A stretch of DNA of 64,000 nucleotides from an uncultured Acidobacteriota bacterium (GCA_963823185.1 CAWGKP010000011.1:413805-477804); one strand, 5' to 3'. Counted from the first letter of the stretch, positions 19,934 through 30,232 are shown. Made by a program: numbers and translations. Notes: a model not told the origin generated them from the sequence alone.

Positions 19934-20436
19934 CCTTTCGGCTTCGCGAGGAATTCGGCGATCGGGCCGGTCGTCTTTCGGAGCAGCAGCTCCGAGTGGT
20001 CGCGCACGACGTAATCCATGAGCGCTCCGACCATCTTGTAGCCCATCCGCTCGTAGAGCTTGCGCGCCTGGAAGTTGAAAGACGAGACGCAGATGAAGAC
20101 GTTGGGCGACACCGGGAAGATCCGCTTCTCCGCGAACTCCACGAGCTTCGTGCCGATGCCGCGATTGCGAAATTCGGGCGACACGCAGATCGTCTGGATG
20201 TACCCGACGAACGCGCCCTGCATGTTGAGCACGACGAAGCCGGCGAGCACGGACCCCAGCCGCGCGACGTAGCGCTCCTTGTCCGGATTTCGCATGCGTT
20301 CGAGGGAATCGGCGTAGCTCCGCCCGAGCGTGATCCAGGGCTCGGAGGAGGACATGAGCCGGGCGCACCACTGCGCCTCCGCGTCCGACGCGAGCGGCGC
20401 GATGGCGAGCGAATCGAGGGACGCTTCGGACGGCAC
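19930..20436 (-). CDS. GNAT family N-acetyltransferase
   Basis: VSPEFRNRGIG motif A and N..A..LYERMGY motif B. Confidence 0.9.
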   Translation of the reverse strand: MPSEASLDSLAIAPLASDAEAQWCARLMSSSEPWITLGRSYADSLERMRNPDKERYVARLGSVLAGFVVLNMQGAFVGYIQTICVSPEFRNRGIGTKLVEFAEKRIFPVSPNVFICVSSFNFQARKLYERMGYKMVGALMDYVVRDHSELLLRKTTGPIAEFLAKPKG

Positions 20437-20506
20437 GGGCTGCTCCGGTTTCCGGAATTGTAGCGCCGCGGGGAACCCGGGCTCGGGGCGCGGTGTCCTT
20501 TCCCCT

Positions 20507-21445
20507 CGTGAGCGAGAGAACCGGACCGCGGGTGCACTCGACCCACGCGACCCGCGTCTCTACCAGATCGGCGCGCTGTCCGCCCTCCTCGCGTACGGGA
20601 TGACGGCGCTCTCCTTCGACGTCACGCCCGCGCGCGCGGCGCTGCTCCTCGGCTCCGCGCTGGCGACGCAATACGCCTGCACGCGCATCTGGCGCCTGCC
20701 TTCCTTCGAGCCGAAGAGCGCTCTGATCTCCGGCCTTTCCCTGTGCCTGCTCCTGCGGACGAACGACGCGTCCCTCGCCGTCGGCGCCGCCGCGCTCGCC
20801 GTGGGGAGCAAGTTCCTGCTGCGCTGGAACGGGAAGCACGTCTTCAACCCGACGACCTTCGGCCTCGCGGCGGTCATCCTCGCGACGGGCCGCGCCTGGG
20901 TCTCTCCCGGTCAGTGGGGCGCGCCGGCGTTCTTCGGCTTCCTCGTCGCGTGCCTCGGCGGGCTCGTCGTCCTGCGCGCGGCGCGCGCCGACGTCACCCT
21001 CGCATTTCTCGGAGGGTACGCCGGCCTCCTCCTCGCGCGCTCGGCGTGGCTGGGAGAGCCGCTCGCGATCCCGCTCCACCGGCTCCAGAGCGGCGCGCTG
21101 CTCCTCTTCTCCTTCTTCATGATCTCCGACCCGAAGACGACGCCCGACACGCGCGAGGGCCGCATCCTCTTCGGCCTGCTCGTCGCCTTCGGCGCGGCGT
21201 TCGTCCAGTTCCGTCTCTTCCGGCCGAGCGGTCCGATCTGGGCGCTCTTCGCGCTGTCGCCGCTCACGCCGCTCCTCGACCGCATCCTGCCCGGCCGTCG
21301 CTACGACTGGGCCTTCCCGAAAGGAGTCTCCGATGAGACGCGCGCTTCCGTCCCTGGCCTCCTTCCTGTTGCTCTTCGCGGCGAGCCGTCCGGCCCTCCC
21401 GTTCTGCGGGTTCTACGTGGCCAAGGGCGACGCGAAGCTCTTTAA
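20507..21445 (+). CDS. stand-alone RnfD/NqrB-like membrane protein
   Basis: Polytopic membrane protein with SKFLL..KHVFNP and FFMISDPKTTP motifs. The start is uncertain: no clear in-frame start precedes DPRLYQI. Confidence 0.8.
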   Translation, partial: RERENRTAGALDPRDPRLYQIGALSALLAYGMTALSFDVTPARAALLLGSALATQYACTRIWRLPSFEPKSALISGLSLCLLLRTNDASLAVGAAALAVGSKFLLRWNGKHVFNPTTFGLAAVILATGRAWVSPGQWGAPAFFGFLVACLGGLVVLRAARADVTLAFLGGYAGLLLARSAWLGEPLAIPLHRLQSGALLLFSFFMISDPKTTPDTREGRILFGLLVAFGAAFVQFRLFRPSGPIWALFALSPLTPLLDRILPGRRYDWAFPKGVSDETRASVPGLLPVALRGEPSGPPVLRVLRGQGRREAL

Positions 21446-22669
21446 CCGCGCTTCGCAGGTCGTCCTCGTGCGGGACGGCGACCGCACGGTCATGACGCTC
21501 GCCAACGACTTCCGCGGCGATCCGAAGGAGTTCGCCGTCGTCGTGCCCGTCCCGACCTTCCTGACACGCGGGCAGATCCACGCCGGCGAGCGGTCGCTCG
21601 TCGAGCCACCTCGACGCCTACACCGCCCCGCGCCTCGTCGAGTACTTCGACCCGGACCCGTGCCAGGCGGCGGCGTACCTCAAGGACAAGTTGGCGAGGG
21701 AGGCGACGCTCATGGTGTCGGCCGAGGCGCCGGCGCCGAAGGCCGCTGCCAAGAGCCTCGGCGTCACGATCGAGGCGCAGTACACCGTCGGCGAGTACGA
21801 CATCCTGATTCTCTCGGCGAAGGAGTCCGACGGGCTCGAGACGTGGCTGCGCGAGAACGGGTATCGCATTCCTTCCGGGGCCTCGCGCGTGCTCGAAGGC
21901 TACATCAAGCAGAAGATGCGCTTCTTCGTCGCGAAGGTGAACCTCGAGGAGAAAGCGCGCCTCGGATTCTCGTACCTGCGTCCCCTCCAGGTCGCCTACG
22001 AGTCGCCGAAGTTCATGCTCCCGATCCGCCTCGGCATGGCCAACGCCGACGGGCCGCAGGAGCTCTTCATCTACGCGTTGACGCGCCGGGGCCGCGTCGA
22101 GACGACGAACTACCGCACCGTGCGCCTGCCGTCGGACCAGGAAATTCCGCTCTACGTCAAGGAGCAGTTCGGCGACTTCTACAAGGCGCTCTTCTCCGAG
22201 CAGGTCCGCCGCGAACGCATGGAGAGCGTCTTCCTCGAATACGCGTGGGACATGGGCTGGTGCGATCCGTGCGCGGCCGATCCGCTCGCCCGCGAGGAGC
22301 TCAAGGCTCTCGGCGTCTTCTGGCTCGACGATGCGGCGGACGCGCGGCGCGGCGGCGGATCGAACGCTTTCGTGACGCGCCTCCACGTCCGCTACGACGA
22401 GGCGCACTTCCCCGAAGACCTCGTCTTCCAGGAGACCGCCGACCGCCAGAACTTCCAGGGCCGCTACGTCCTGCGGCACCCGTTCACGGGCGATCTGTCT
22501 TGCGAGGCCGGCGAGCGCTACCGCACCGACGTGGCGCGGCGCCACGAGCAGGAAGCGCAGAACCTGGCGAATCTCACGGGTTGGAGCCTCGGCATGGTCC
22601 GGTCGAAGATGAAGCTCGATCCGCCGCCGGACTCGAAGAAGCTGGTGGGAACGGATCTGGGGAAAGTGA
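21333..22669 (+). CDS. DUF2330-like exported protein (two frameshifts, near 21607 and 22642)
   Basis: SD and signal peptide, FCGFYV, FAVVVPVP, (H)LDAYTAPRLVEYFDPDPC, WLRENGY, FMLPIRLG and FQGRY motifs; the re-framed C-terminus WWERIWGK ends at TGA 22667-22669, just before ddl. Confidence 0.82.
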
Positions 22670-22691
22670 GCGCCGCGGCCGCCCGCCGCCT

Positions 22692-23780
22692 CTACGCGAG
22701 CTCCTTCGGCGGCTCGTGCGAGAGGCGGCTCCGGCGCTCGGCGCGCTCGAACGCCAGGCGGATGAGCTCGTCGAGGAGCTTCGAAAGCGGTAGTCCCGAC
22801 GCCTCCCAGAGTCGCGGGTACATGGAGATCGCGGTGAAGCCGGGCAGCGTATTGAGCTCGTTGACCAGGACGCGATCCGAGCCGCGCTCGAGGAAGAAGT
22901 CCACCCGCGCCATCCCCGACGTGCCGCAGACGCGGAAGGCCTCCACCGCCAGCCGCCGCACCTCGGCCGCCACCGCCTCGGGCAGCGGTGCCGGCACGAG
23001 CAGCTTCGCGCCGTTCTCGACGTACTTGTCCTCGTAGTCGTAGAACTCGCGGCCCGGCACGATCTCGCCGACGACCGAGGCCTTCGGATCTTCGTTGCCG
23101 AGCACCGCGCACTCGAGCTCGCGCGCGTCGATCCCCTCTTCGACCATCGCCCGCTCGTCGAACGACAGCGCGCGCGCGACGGCGGGCGCGAGCGCGTCCC
23201 AGCTCTTGACCTTCGTCACGCCGACGGAGGAGCCGCCGCACGACGGCTTGACGAAGAGCGGCAGCGCGAAGCCTTTCTCGGGGAGCCGCCGCGCGAGGCC
23301 GGCCGCGTCGTCGCGCGAAGAGACCACGGCGAACTTCACGGTCGGGATGCCGGCGTCCCGAAGCAGCGCCTTCGTGACCGCCTTGTCCATCCCGATCGCC
23401 GAGCCGGTCACGCCCGCGCCGACGTAGGGAACTCCGAGCGTCTCGAGAAATCCCTGCAGGACGCCGTCCTCCCCCGTCGTGCCGTGCACGATCGGGAAGA
23501 CGACGTCGGCCTTCCCCGGCGCGATCTCCGCCGGCACGAGCGCGCCCGCGGGCGCGGTCTCGCCCGCTCCAACCCGGTACTTCTCCGGCACCGGGCCCGA
23601 AGCGAGGAGGCGCGCGGACTCCGCCGCCGGAAGGAACGACCCGTCGCGGCCGACCGCGATCGGAATGACCTCGTACCGCGCCGGGTCGAGCGCGCCGACG
23701 ATCGTGCGCGCCGAGAGCCGCGAGACCTCGCGCTCGACGGACCGGCCGCCGAAGAGGACGACGACGCGCTTGCGGCTCAT
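22692..23780 (-). CDS. ddl: D-alanine--D-alanine ligase
   Basis: FGGRSVEREVS, HGTTGEDG, GSSVGV, YDYEDKY and NELNTLPGFT motifs. Confidence 0.96.
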   Translation of the reverse strand: MSRKRVVVLFGGRSVEREVSRLSARTIVGALDPARYEVIPIAVGRDGSFLPAAESARLLASGPVPEKYRVGAGETAPAGALVPAEIAPGKADVVFPIVHGTTGEDGVLQGFLETLGVPYVGAGVTGSAIGMDKAVTKALLRDAGIPTVKFAVVSSRDDAAGLARRLPEKGFALPLFVKPSCGGSSVGVTKVKSWDALAPAVARALSFDERAMVEEGIDARELECAVLGNEDPKASVVGEIVPGREFYDYEDKYVENGAKLLVPAPLPEAVAAEVRRLAVEAFRVCGTSGMARVDFFLERGSDRVLVNELNTLPGFTAISMYPRLWEASGLPLSKLLDELIRLAFERAERRSRLSHEPPKELA

Positions 23781-23784
23781 CGCC

Positions 23785-25362
23785 TCACCAGCTCACCACG
23801 CGCACGTCCTCGACCCCCGGCGCGCGGCGCAGCTTCTCGAGCACCGCGGCCGGCGGCGCCGTGTCCACCGCGATCACCGCGGCCGCGCGATCGCCCTCGC
23901 CGCGGGCGAGCGAGAAGTTGGCGATGTTGACGCCGCCCTCGCCGAGGATCGAGCCGACGCTGCCGACGACTCCCGGCACGTCGCGATTGCGCAGGAAGAC
24001 GACCGTTCCCTCGGGCCGGAACTCGAGCGGAAGGCCGTCCACGGCCACGACGCGCGCGTCCTGCCCCGAGAAGAGCGTCGCGTCGGCCGCGGTCCGGCCG
24101 GCGTCGCCCGAGAGCGCCACGCGGACCGAGCGGGCCCAGTTGCCCGGCCCTTCGTGCCGCGTCTCCGAGACGGAGAGCCCGCGCTCGCGGGCGACGTGCA
24201 AGGCGTTGACGTAGTTGACCGACTCGGGATCGTGCTCGGCGAGCGCTCCCTTGACCGCCGCGACCGACACCGGACGCAGGAGATCCTCGGGCAGGCCCCA
24301 CGTCTCGATCCGCACGGAATGAAGTCGAGCGCCCGCGAGCGCGCCGAGAAACCGCGCCGTCCGCTCCGCCAGGCGCATCCACGCCGCGGCGCCGGTCGGG
24401 TCGGCGGGACCGCGAAACGGCAGGTTGACCGCGGGAACGTACGACGCGCCGGACAGAGCCTCGAGGAGCGCCTCGACCGTCTGCATCGCGACGCGCTCCT
24501 GCGCCTCGACCGTCGAAGCGCCGAGATGCGGCGACGCGACGACGTTCGGCAGCTTCGGCAGCGGATCGTCCGCGGCCGGAGGCTCCGGATCGAAGACGTC
24601 GAGCGCCGCACCCGAGAGGTGACCCGACGCCAGCGCCTCGCGCAGGGCCTCGGGGTCGACGAGGCTCCCCCGAGCGACGTTGACCAGGATCGCGCCTTTC
24701 TTCATCGCCGCGAGCTCCGCGCGGCCCAGCAGCGGCCGCCCCGCGTCGCCGGCGGTCGCGTGCAGGGTCACGACGTCCGATTCGGCGAGGAGCCTCGGGA
24801 GATCCACGAGCGGAACGCCCATCTCCCGGGCGCGCCCCTCCGCCAGGAACGGATCGTGGCCGAGCACCTTCGCTTCGAAGGCCCGCGCGCGGACCGCGAC
24901 GCGCGAACCGACCTGGCCGAGGCCGACGATCCCGAGCGTCTTGCCGGCGAGCTCCGTGCCCAGGAACTTCGACTTCTCCCACTTCCCCGCCGCCATCGAA
25001 GCGGCCGCCGCCGGGATCTTCCGCAGCAGCGCGAGCAGGAGCGCGAACGTGTGCTCGACGGCCGAGACGACGTTGGCCGTCGGCGCGTTGACCACGAGGA
25101 CGCCGCGGGCGGTGGCGGCCGGCACGTCCACGTTGTCCACCCCCACGCCGGCGCGCGCCACGACCTGGAGGCGCGGCGCCGCGGCCAGGAGCTCCGCGTC
25201 GACCTTCGTGCCGCTGCGGACGAGAAGCGCTTCCGCCTCGGGCAGCTCCGCGAGCAGGTTCTCGCGCGGCGCGCCCGTCCGGTCCACGACCTCGTGCCCG
25301 GCGGCGCGCAGGCGCGCGAGGCCGCTCTCCGCGAGACCCTCGGCGACGACGATCCGGCTCAT
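23785..25362 (-). CDS. serA: D-3-phosphoglycerate dehydrogenase
   Basis: RAGVGVDNVD, GLGQVG, NVARG and PHLGAST.EAQ motifs; ASB and ACT domains (DVPGVVG..NIANF). Confidence 0.94.
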   Translation of the reverse strand: MSRIVVAEGLAESGLARLRAAGHEVVDRTGAPRENLLAELPEAEALLVRSGTKVDAELLAAAPRLQVVARAGVGVDNVDVPAATARGVLVVNAPTANVVSAVEHTFALLLALLRKIPAAAASMAAGKWEKSKFLGTELAGKTLGIVGLGQVGSRVAVRARAFEAKVLGHDPFLAEGRAREMGVPLVDLPRLLAESDVVTLHATAGDAGRPLLGRAELAAMKKGAILVNVARGSLVDPEALREALASGHLSGAALDVFDPEPPAADDPLPKLPNVVASPHLGASTVEAQERVAMQTVEALLEALSGASYVPAVNLPFRGPADPTGAAAWMRLAERTARFLGALAGARLHSVRIETWGLPEDLLRPVSVAAVKGALAEHDPESVNYVNALHVARERGLSVSETRHEGPGNWARSVRVALSGDAGRTAADATLFSGQDARVVAVDGLPLEFRPEGTVVFLRNRDVPGVVGSVGSILGEGGVNIANFSLARGEGDRAAAVIAVDTAPPAAVLEKLRRAPGVEDVRVVSW

Positions 25363-25375
25363 GGGAGCGACGATC

Positions 25376-26014
25376 CTAACCCGCGGCGATCCACGCCGGC
25401 AGCTGCCGCAGATCGTCGAGCAGCGCGTCGGCGTCGACGTCCTCGAGCTCCTCGCGCGAGCGCGAGCCCGACGGCACGAGCACCACGCGGCATCCCGCCG
25501 CGCGCGCGAACTCCGCGTCCACTTCCATGTCCCCGACGGCGACGGTCGCGGCCGCGTCGGCGCCGGCGCGCCGCATCGCGGACACGAGCATCGCCGGATC
25601 GGGCTTCGCGGGCATCTCCGGGCTCGGGCCCTCGATCGCCTGGAAGAACCGGGCCGCTCCCTTGGCCTCGAGGATCAGGCGCGAGAACGCGGCCGGCTTG
25701 TTCGACGCGACGGCGAGCGCCAGGCCCTTCGCCTCGAGCGCGTGCAGGACGTCGAGCACCCCGGGCAGCAGATGCGACTTCTCGACCGCGACCTCCGGAT
25801 AGCGCTGCCGGAAGAGGCGCACGCCCTCGGCCGCCCGCTCCGGTCCCGCCGCCTGCTCGAGCAGACGCTCGAGCCCGTGTCCCACCATGGCGCGCACCCG
25901 CGCCGCGTCCGGCGCCGGGAGGCCGAGCCGCGTCATCGCGTACGCGAGCGCGTCGCCGATCGCCGCGTAGCCGTCGATCAGCGTGCCGTCGAGGTCGAAG
26001 ACGACGAGCTTCAA
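25376..26014 (-). CDS. HAD-family hydrolase (phosphoglycolate phosphatase-like)
   Basis: FDLDGTL, ASNK, KPDP and VGD motifs; probable TTG start at 26014. Confidence 0.88.
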   Translation of the reverse strand: MKLVVFDLDGTLIDGYAAIGDALAYAMTRLGLPAPDAARVRAMVGHGLERLLEQAAGPERAAEGVRLFRQRYPEVAVEKSHLLPGVLDVLHALEAKGLALAVASNKPAAFSRLILEAKGAARFFQAIEGPSPEMPAKPDPAMLVSAMRRAGADAAATVAVGDMEVDAEFARAAGCRVVLVPSGSRSREELEDVDADALLDDLRQLPAWIAAG

Positions 26015-26018
26015 CGCT

Positions 26019-27698
26019 TCAATGACGCCCGCGGGAGAGCCCGGCGATGCGCAGCACGGTCTCGACGATGGCCTCCCGATCCTCGAAGGAGACCGTCGGC
26101 ACGCCGTCCGTCCCCGGCGCATCCGAGACGCGCGCGAGCGGATGCGCGACCGGCGGCCCGCCGATCACGTGGCGCCGGACTTCGATCTTCGGGAGCGGCA
26201 GCGTCTTGTAGCCCTCGACGAGCACCAGATCGCAGGAGGAGAACTCGCGCGACAGCAGATCGTCGAGCGGCTCCTCCGCGCCGAATCGCCGCGAGGTCGT
26301 CCGGTCGGGCGTGACGAAGCCGGCCACGCGCGCGCCGGCGCCGGCGTGGCGCTGCGAATCCTTGCCCTCGACGTCGTCCGCGGCGTCGCGCGAAGAGTGC
26401 TTGAGCGTCCCGACGGCGAGGCCGCGCGCGGCCAGTCGCGGCACGAGATCCACGATGAGGGTCGTCTTGCCCGAGTTGTGCGGTCCGACGAACGCGACGG
26501 CCGCCGGCCGGCGGTCCGGATAGAGGAGGAAGGGCTCGCGCCGCGCGAGAAACGCCTCGCCCCCCGCGGCGTGCCGGAGGATCTCCGGCGCGAGATCGGC
26601 GCCCGCGTCCACGAGGTCACGGAAGCGCGGCGAGCCCGTCAGGAGGTCGATCGCCGGGCGCGGATCGAATTCGTAGGGCTCGGTTCGCCAGCGGAATTCG
26701 CGCGGCGCCGCCCGGCGCGCGATCTCGACCACCCGAAGCCCCGTCTCGAAGGAGCGGAAGGCGGCCGAATCCGTCACCTCGAGCAGCGCCCCGCCGCAGA
26801 TCGCGCCCGCGTGCTTGTCGAACATCGGACGGAAGTGCGTCGGGAGGAACCGCGCGCCGGGCAGGCCCGCGGCGTTGAGAGCGTCGGCGAACGGGCCTGC
26901 CGGGAGCCAGGGCGCGCCGAAGAGCTCGAAGGGGCGCGTCGTCCCGCGACCTTCCGAGAGATTCGTTCCCTCGAGCAGGCACATCCCCGGGTAGACCACG
27001 GCCGTGCGCGGCGCGGGGATGTTCGGCGACGGCGAGACCCACGGCAGGCCGGTCGCGGCGAACGGCACGTTGCGCGCCCAGCCCGCGGCGGGGACGACCT
27101 GCAGGTCCACGTCGATCCGCCGCTCCGCGGCGAGCAACCGCGCGAGCTCGCCCGCGGTCATGCCGTGGCGGACCGCGACGGGATGCAGGCCGACGAACGA
27201 GAGCATGCCGGGGTCCTGCGGCGCCCCTTCGGCCGAGGCGCCGATGGGATTGGGGCGGTCGCACACGACGAATCGCACGCCGGCGGCGGCGCACGCCTCC
27301 ATCGCGAGGAGCATCGTCCACACGAACGTGTAGTAGCGCGCGCCGACGTCCTGCACGTCGAAGACGAGCGCGCCGAGCCCCGCGAGATGCTCCGGCTTCG
27401 GGCGCAGGCTCTCGAGGCGGTCGCCGTACAGCGATACGACCGGCAGCCCCGTCGGCGGGTGCACGGCGTCGCCGACCGACTCCATGTAGATCGCGCCGCC
27501 GTCCACGCCGTGCTCCGGCCCGAAGAGACGGACGAGGCGCGCCGCGCCGGAGTCGGCGAGCGCCTTCCACGAAGGCACGCCGCGCGCCGTGACGCCCGAG
27601 GGGTTCGTGACGAGGCCGATCGCCCGTCCCGCGATCGGCGAGGGATTCGCCAGCAGTCCGTCGATGCCGGGCTGCACCGCGACCGAAGGCCGCGTCAC
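26019..27698 (-). CDS. NamZ (DUF1343) exo-beta-N-acetylmuramidase domain fused to MobB-like P-loop domain
   Basis: NamZ motifs PEHG, DVQDVGARYYTF, DRPNP, SPNIP and EGTNLSEGRGT; MobB motifs GPHNSGKTT, LKH, DVEGKDS and VEGYK; GTG start overlaps the mog stop. Confidence 0.85.
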   Translation of the reverse strand: MTRPSVAVQPGIDGLLANPSPIAGRAIGLVTNPSGVTARGVPSWKALADSGAARLVRLFGPEHGVDGGAIYMESVGDAVHPPTGLPVVSLYGDRLESLRPKPEHLAGLGALVFDVQDVGARYYTFVWTMLLAMEACAAAGVRFVVCDRPNPIGASAEGAPQDPGMLSFVGLHPVAVRHGMTAGELARLLAAERRIDVDLQVVPAAGWARNVPFAATGLPWVSPSPNIPAPRTAVVYPGMCLLEGTNLSEGRGTTRPFELFGAPWLPAGPFADALNAAGLPGARFLPTHFRPMFDKHAGAICGGALLEVTDSAAFRSFETGLRVVEIARRAAPREFRWRTEPYEFDPRPAIDLLTGSPRFRDLVDAGADLAPEILRHAAGGEAFLARREPFLLYPDRRPAAVAFVGPHNSGKTTLIVDLVPRLAARGLAVGTLKHSSRDAADDVEGKDSQRHAGAGARVAGFVTPDRTTSRRFGAEEPLDDLLSREFSSCDLVLVEGYKTLPLPKIEVRRHVIGGPPVAHPLARVSDAPGTDGVPTVSFEDREAIVETVLRIAGLSRGRH

Positions 27699-28204
27699 GT
27701 GCGCGAACCGCGGGGCGGGTGTTCCGCCTTCTCCCCCTGGATGAGGGCGATGGCGTGGGGTACGAGGGCGAGGATCGCCGCGAGGCAGTCCGCCGCGCCC
27801 TTGGGCGATCCCGGCAGCGACACGACGAGACACTTCTTCCGCACGCCCGCGACCTGCCGCGAGAGATACGCCGCGGAGAAGCCGCGCGAGGTCTCGAATC
27901 GCATCTTCTCCGCCATCCCCGGCACTTCGAAGTCGATCGCCTCCCGCACGCCCTCCGGCGTCCGGTCGCGCGGCGCGACGCCGGTGCCGCCCGTCAGCAG
28001 GATCAGGTCCGCCTCTCCCGCGTCGGCGCGTACGCGGATGGCGCGCGCCACCTGCTTGGGCTCGTCGGGCAGCACCTCGCGGGAGACGACGCGGTGCTCG
28101 ATCCCGGACTTCTTCAGGGTCTCCTCGCAGGAGGGACCACCCTCGTCCTTGCGCGCGCCGGAGGCGACGCCGTCGGAGACCGTCAGGACCGCGACCCGGA
28201 TCAT
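27695..28204 (-). CDS. mog: molybdopterin adenylyltransferase MogA/MoaB family
   Basis: LTVSD, TGGTGVAPRDRTPE and SLPGSP motifs. Confidence 0.9.
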   Translation of the reverse strand: MIRVAVLTVSDGVASGARKDEGGPSCEETLKKSGIEHRVVSREVLPDEPKQVARAIRVRADAGEADLILLTGGTGVAPRDRTPEGVREAIDFEVPGMAEKMRFETSRGFSAAYLSRQVAGVRKKCLVVSLPGSPKGAADCLAAILALVPHAIALIQGEKAEHPPRGSRT

Positions 28205-28229
28205 GCCTGATTATGGACCGGCCGGCGGC

Positions 28230-28773
28230 CTACCTCCGATAGCGGCCCGACCGCCCGCCCGTCTTCTCGAGGAGCACGATCTCGCGGATCTCGATCCCCC
28301 GGTCGAGCGCCTTGGCCATGTCGTAGATCGCGAGACAGGCGCCGGCGACGGCGGTCAGCGCCTCCATCTCGACGCCGGTGCGCGCGGTCGTCGAGGCGGT
28401 CGCCGTGACGACGACCTCGCGATGCGCCGGCGTCGAGCGCGCAGTCCACCGCCACCGCGTCGAGCGCGATCGGATGCGCGAGGGGCACGAGCTCGGACGT
28501 CTTCTTCGCCGCGAGAATTCCGGCCAGCCGCGCCACGGCGAGCGCGTCGCCCTTCGACAGCCGCCCTTCCGACAGGGCCGCGAAGGCCGCCGGCGCCAAC
28601 CGCACCCGCCCCCGCGCGACGGCGCGGCGCGAGGTCGTGGCCTTGGCGCCGACGTCCACCATGCGGGCGCGCCCGCGCGCATCGAGGTGGAGCTGCGTTC
28701 CGCGGTGGGGCCGCGCCGCCCGGGGACGGCGCGGGCGCCGCGGGGCCTTGCCTTTCGCGTCGCTCTCGCTCAT
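28230..28773 (-). CDS. moaC: cyclic pyranopterin monophosphate synthase (frameshift near 28429)
   Basis: [29 protein letters not shown] in one frame; [17 protein letters not shown] and LLEKTGG in the next frame. Confidence 0.9.
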
Positions 28774-29348
28774 GCCCGCTCCCGCAGGTGAACGTACTCC
28801 TGCAACGTGTTCGCGTTGAGGAAGGAGTTGCCGGACGGATCGAAAGCGCGCCAGTCGGGCTCGCGCAAGATCTCCGCGCCGACGGCCTCGGCGAGACCGT
28901 GGAGGGAGCGCTCGCCGCGCGCCAGACGATGGTCGAGCTCGGGCAGCGCCTCCCGCCGCCAGACCGCGCCGAGCGGCTGGAGACGACCGTCCGCCTCGGG
29001 CACGACGGCCGCGCGCCCGGTCGCGATGCCGCGGCGCGCGATCTCGCGGATGACGGCGTCTGCGAGGGCCGGCAGATCCACCGCCAGCACGAAGACGCGG
29101 TCGCGCGCCTCCGCGAGCGCGCGGCGCAGCCCGTGGATCGCGGCCGGCTCCGCCACGCCGTCGAGGAGGACGCGGGCCGGAACCGTGGGCCACTCCGGCG
29201 CGCTCTTGACGACGACCCACACCTCCTCGAAGAGACGCGCGAGCCGCTCCACCTGATGCTCCCCGAGCGTGCCGGCGCCCCACGGCAGCGCCGCCTTCGG
29301 TCGTCCCATCCGCCGCGACTGCCCGCCGGCGAGCACCGCGGCCGGCAT
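28770..29348 (-). CDS. mobA: molybdenum cofactor guanylyltransferase
   Basis: VLAGGQSRRMGRPKA, AVDLP, QPL and FLNANT motifs. Confidence 0.9.
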   Translation of the reverse strand: MPAAVLAGGQSRRMGRPKAALPWGAGTLGEHQVERLARLFEEVWVVVKSAPEWPTVPARVLLDGVAEPAAIHGLRRALAEARDRVFVLAVDLPALADAVIREIARRGIATGRAAVVPEADGRLQPLGAVWRREALPELDHRLARGERSLHGLAEAVGAEILREPDWRAFDPSGNSFLNANTLQEYVHLRERA

Positions 29349-29386
29349 CGGAAATCTTCATGCCGCCGCGATGCTAGCACCCGCGC

Positions 29387-30232
29387 CTAGTTCGATCCGC
29401 CTCCCAGGATGATCGGCAGGCCGGACTTCGGGTTGCCGATGACGACGACCTTCGCGTTGGCGCTCGCGGCGAGCTTCTCGGTCGCCTCGATGCCCTTCCA
29501 TTCGAGCAGCTGCGCCGAGATCCCCTGCGCGACGATGCGCTGGAAGTCCGCGATGCCCTGCGCCTCGATGCGCTTGCGCTCGGCTTCCTGCTGCTCCTTC
29601 TGCAGCACGAACTTCATCTGCTCGGCCTCCTGCTCGCGCTTCAACTTCTCCTGGATCGCGTTCGCGACGACCGGCGGCAGTCCGATCTTACGCAGCAGAA
29701 TCGCCTCGGCGACGATCCCACGCCCGGCGGCCATCTTCTGGAAGAGGTCGAACGTCTCATGCGCGATCTGCTCACGCTCGGCCGAGTACATCGCTTTGGC
29801 CTCGTAGGAGGCGGTCACCTCGCGGATCGCCGAGCGGACCTGCGGGAAGACGACGAGCTCGGCGTAATTTCGGCCGATGGTCTTGTAGACGTCGGCGGCC
29901 TTCTCCGGATCGAGCCGGAAGAGCAGCGATCCCTCGAGATCCATCGTCAGGCCCTCCTTCGAGGGCACCTCGGCCGTCTCCTTGACCTCCTGCGTCTGGA
30001 TCGACATCTTGACGACGCGCGTGAACGGAAGGACCAGGTGGACGCCCGGCGGCAGGACGTTCTTCGAGACGCTTCCGAAGAAGTCCTTGACGCCGACGTG
30101 CCCGGCCGGGACGACCGTGATCGGCGCGCCGACCACGAGGACCACGAACAGAATCAGCGCGATGACGGCCCGGCGCAGGGCCTTTCCGCCTCCCCCGCCC
30201 GTGGGAAGGACCTCGAACGTTCTGGCTGCCAT
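29387..30232 (-). CDS. SPFH/prohibitin family membrane protein
   Basis: N-terminal TM, VPAGHVGV, coiled coil EAERKRIEAQG and W.GIEAT. Confidence 0.9.
   Translation of the reverse strand: MAARTFEVLPTGGGGGKALRRAVIALILFVVLVVGAPITVVPAGHVGVKDFFGSVSKNVLPPGVHLVLPFTRVVKMSIQTQEVKETAEVPSKEGLTMDLEGSLLFRLDPEKAADVYKTIGRNYAELVVFPQVRSAIREVTASYEAKAMYSAEREQIAHETFDLFQKMAAGRGIVAEAILLRKIGLPPVVANAIQEKLKREQEAEQMKFVLQKEQQEAERKRIEAQGIADFQRIVAQGISAQLLEWKGIEATEKLAASANAKVVVIGNPKSGLPIILGGGSN

Noticed and set aside
17101-21079. Long alternative-frame and antisense ORFs (e.g. 17101-20463, 17309-21079; likewise 25983-29390, 37031-41026, 48763-51744)
   Set aside because: These are shadow ORFs expected at high GC: Arg/Pro/Gly-rich or antisense mirrors of well-supported genes, with no motifs of their own.
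21691-23037. DUF2330 ORF overlapping ddl by ~345 nt
   Set aside because: A second indel near 22642 hides the natural WWERIWGK* end at 22669, which removes the overlap.
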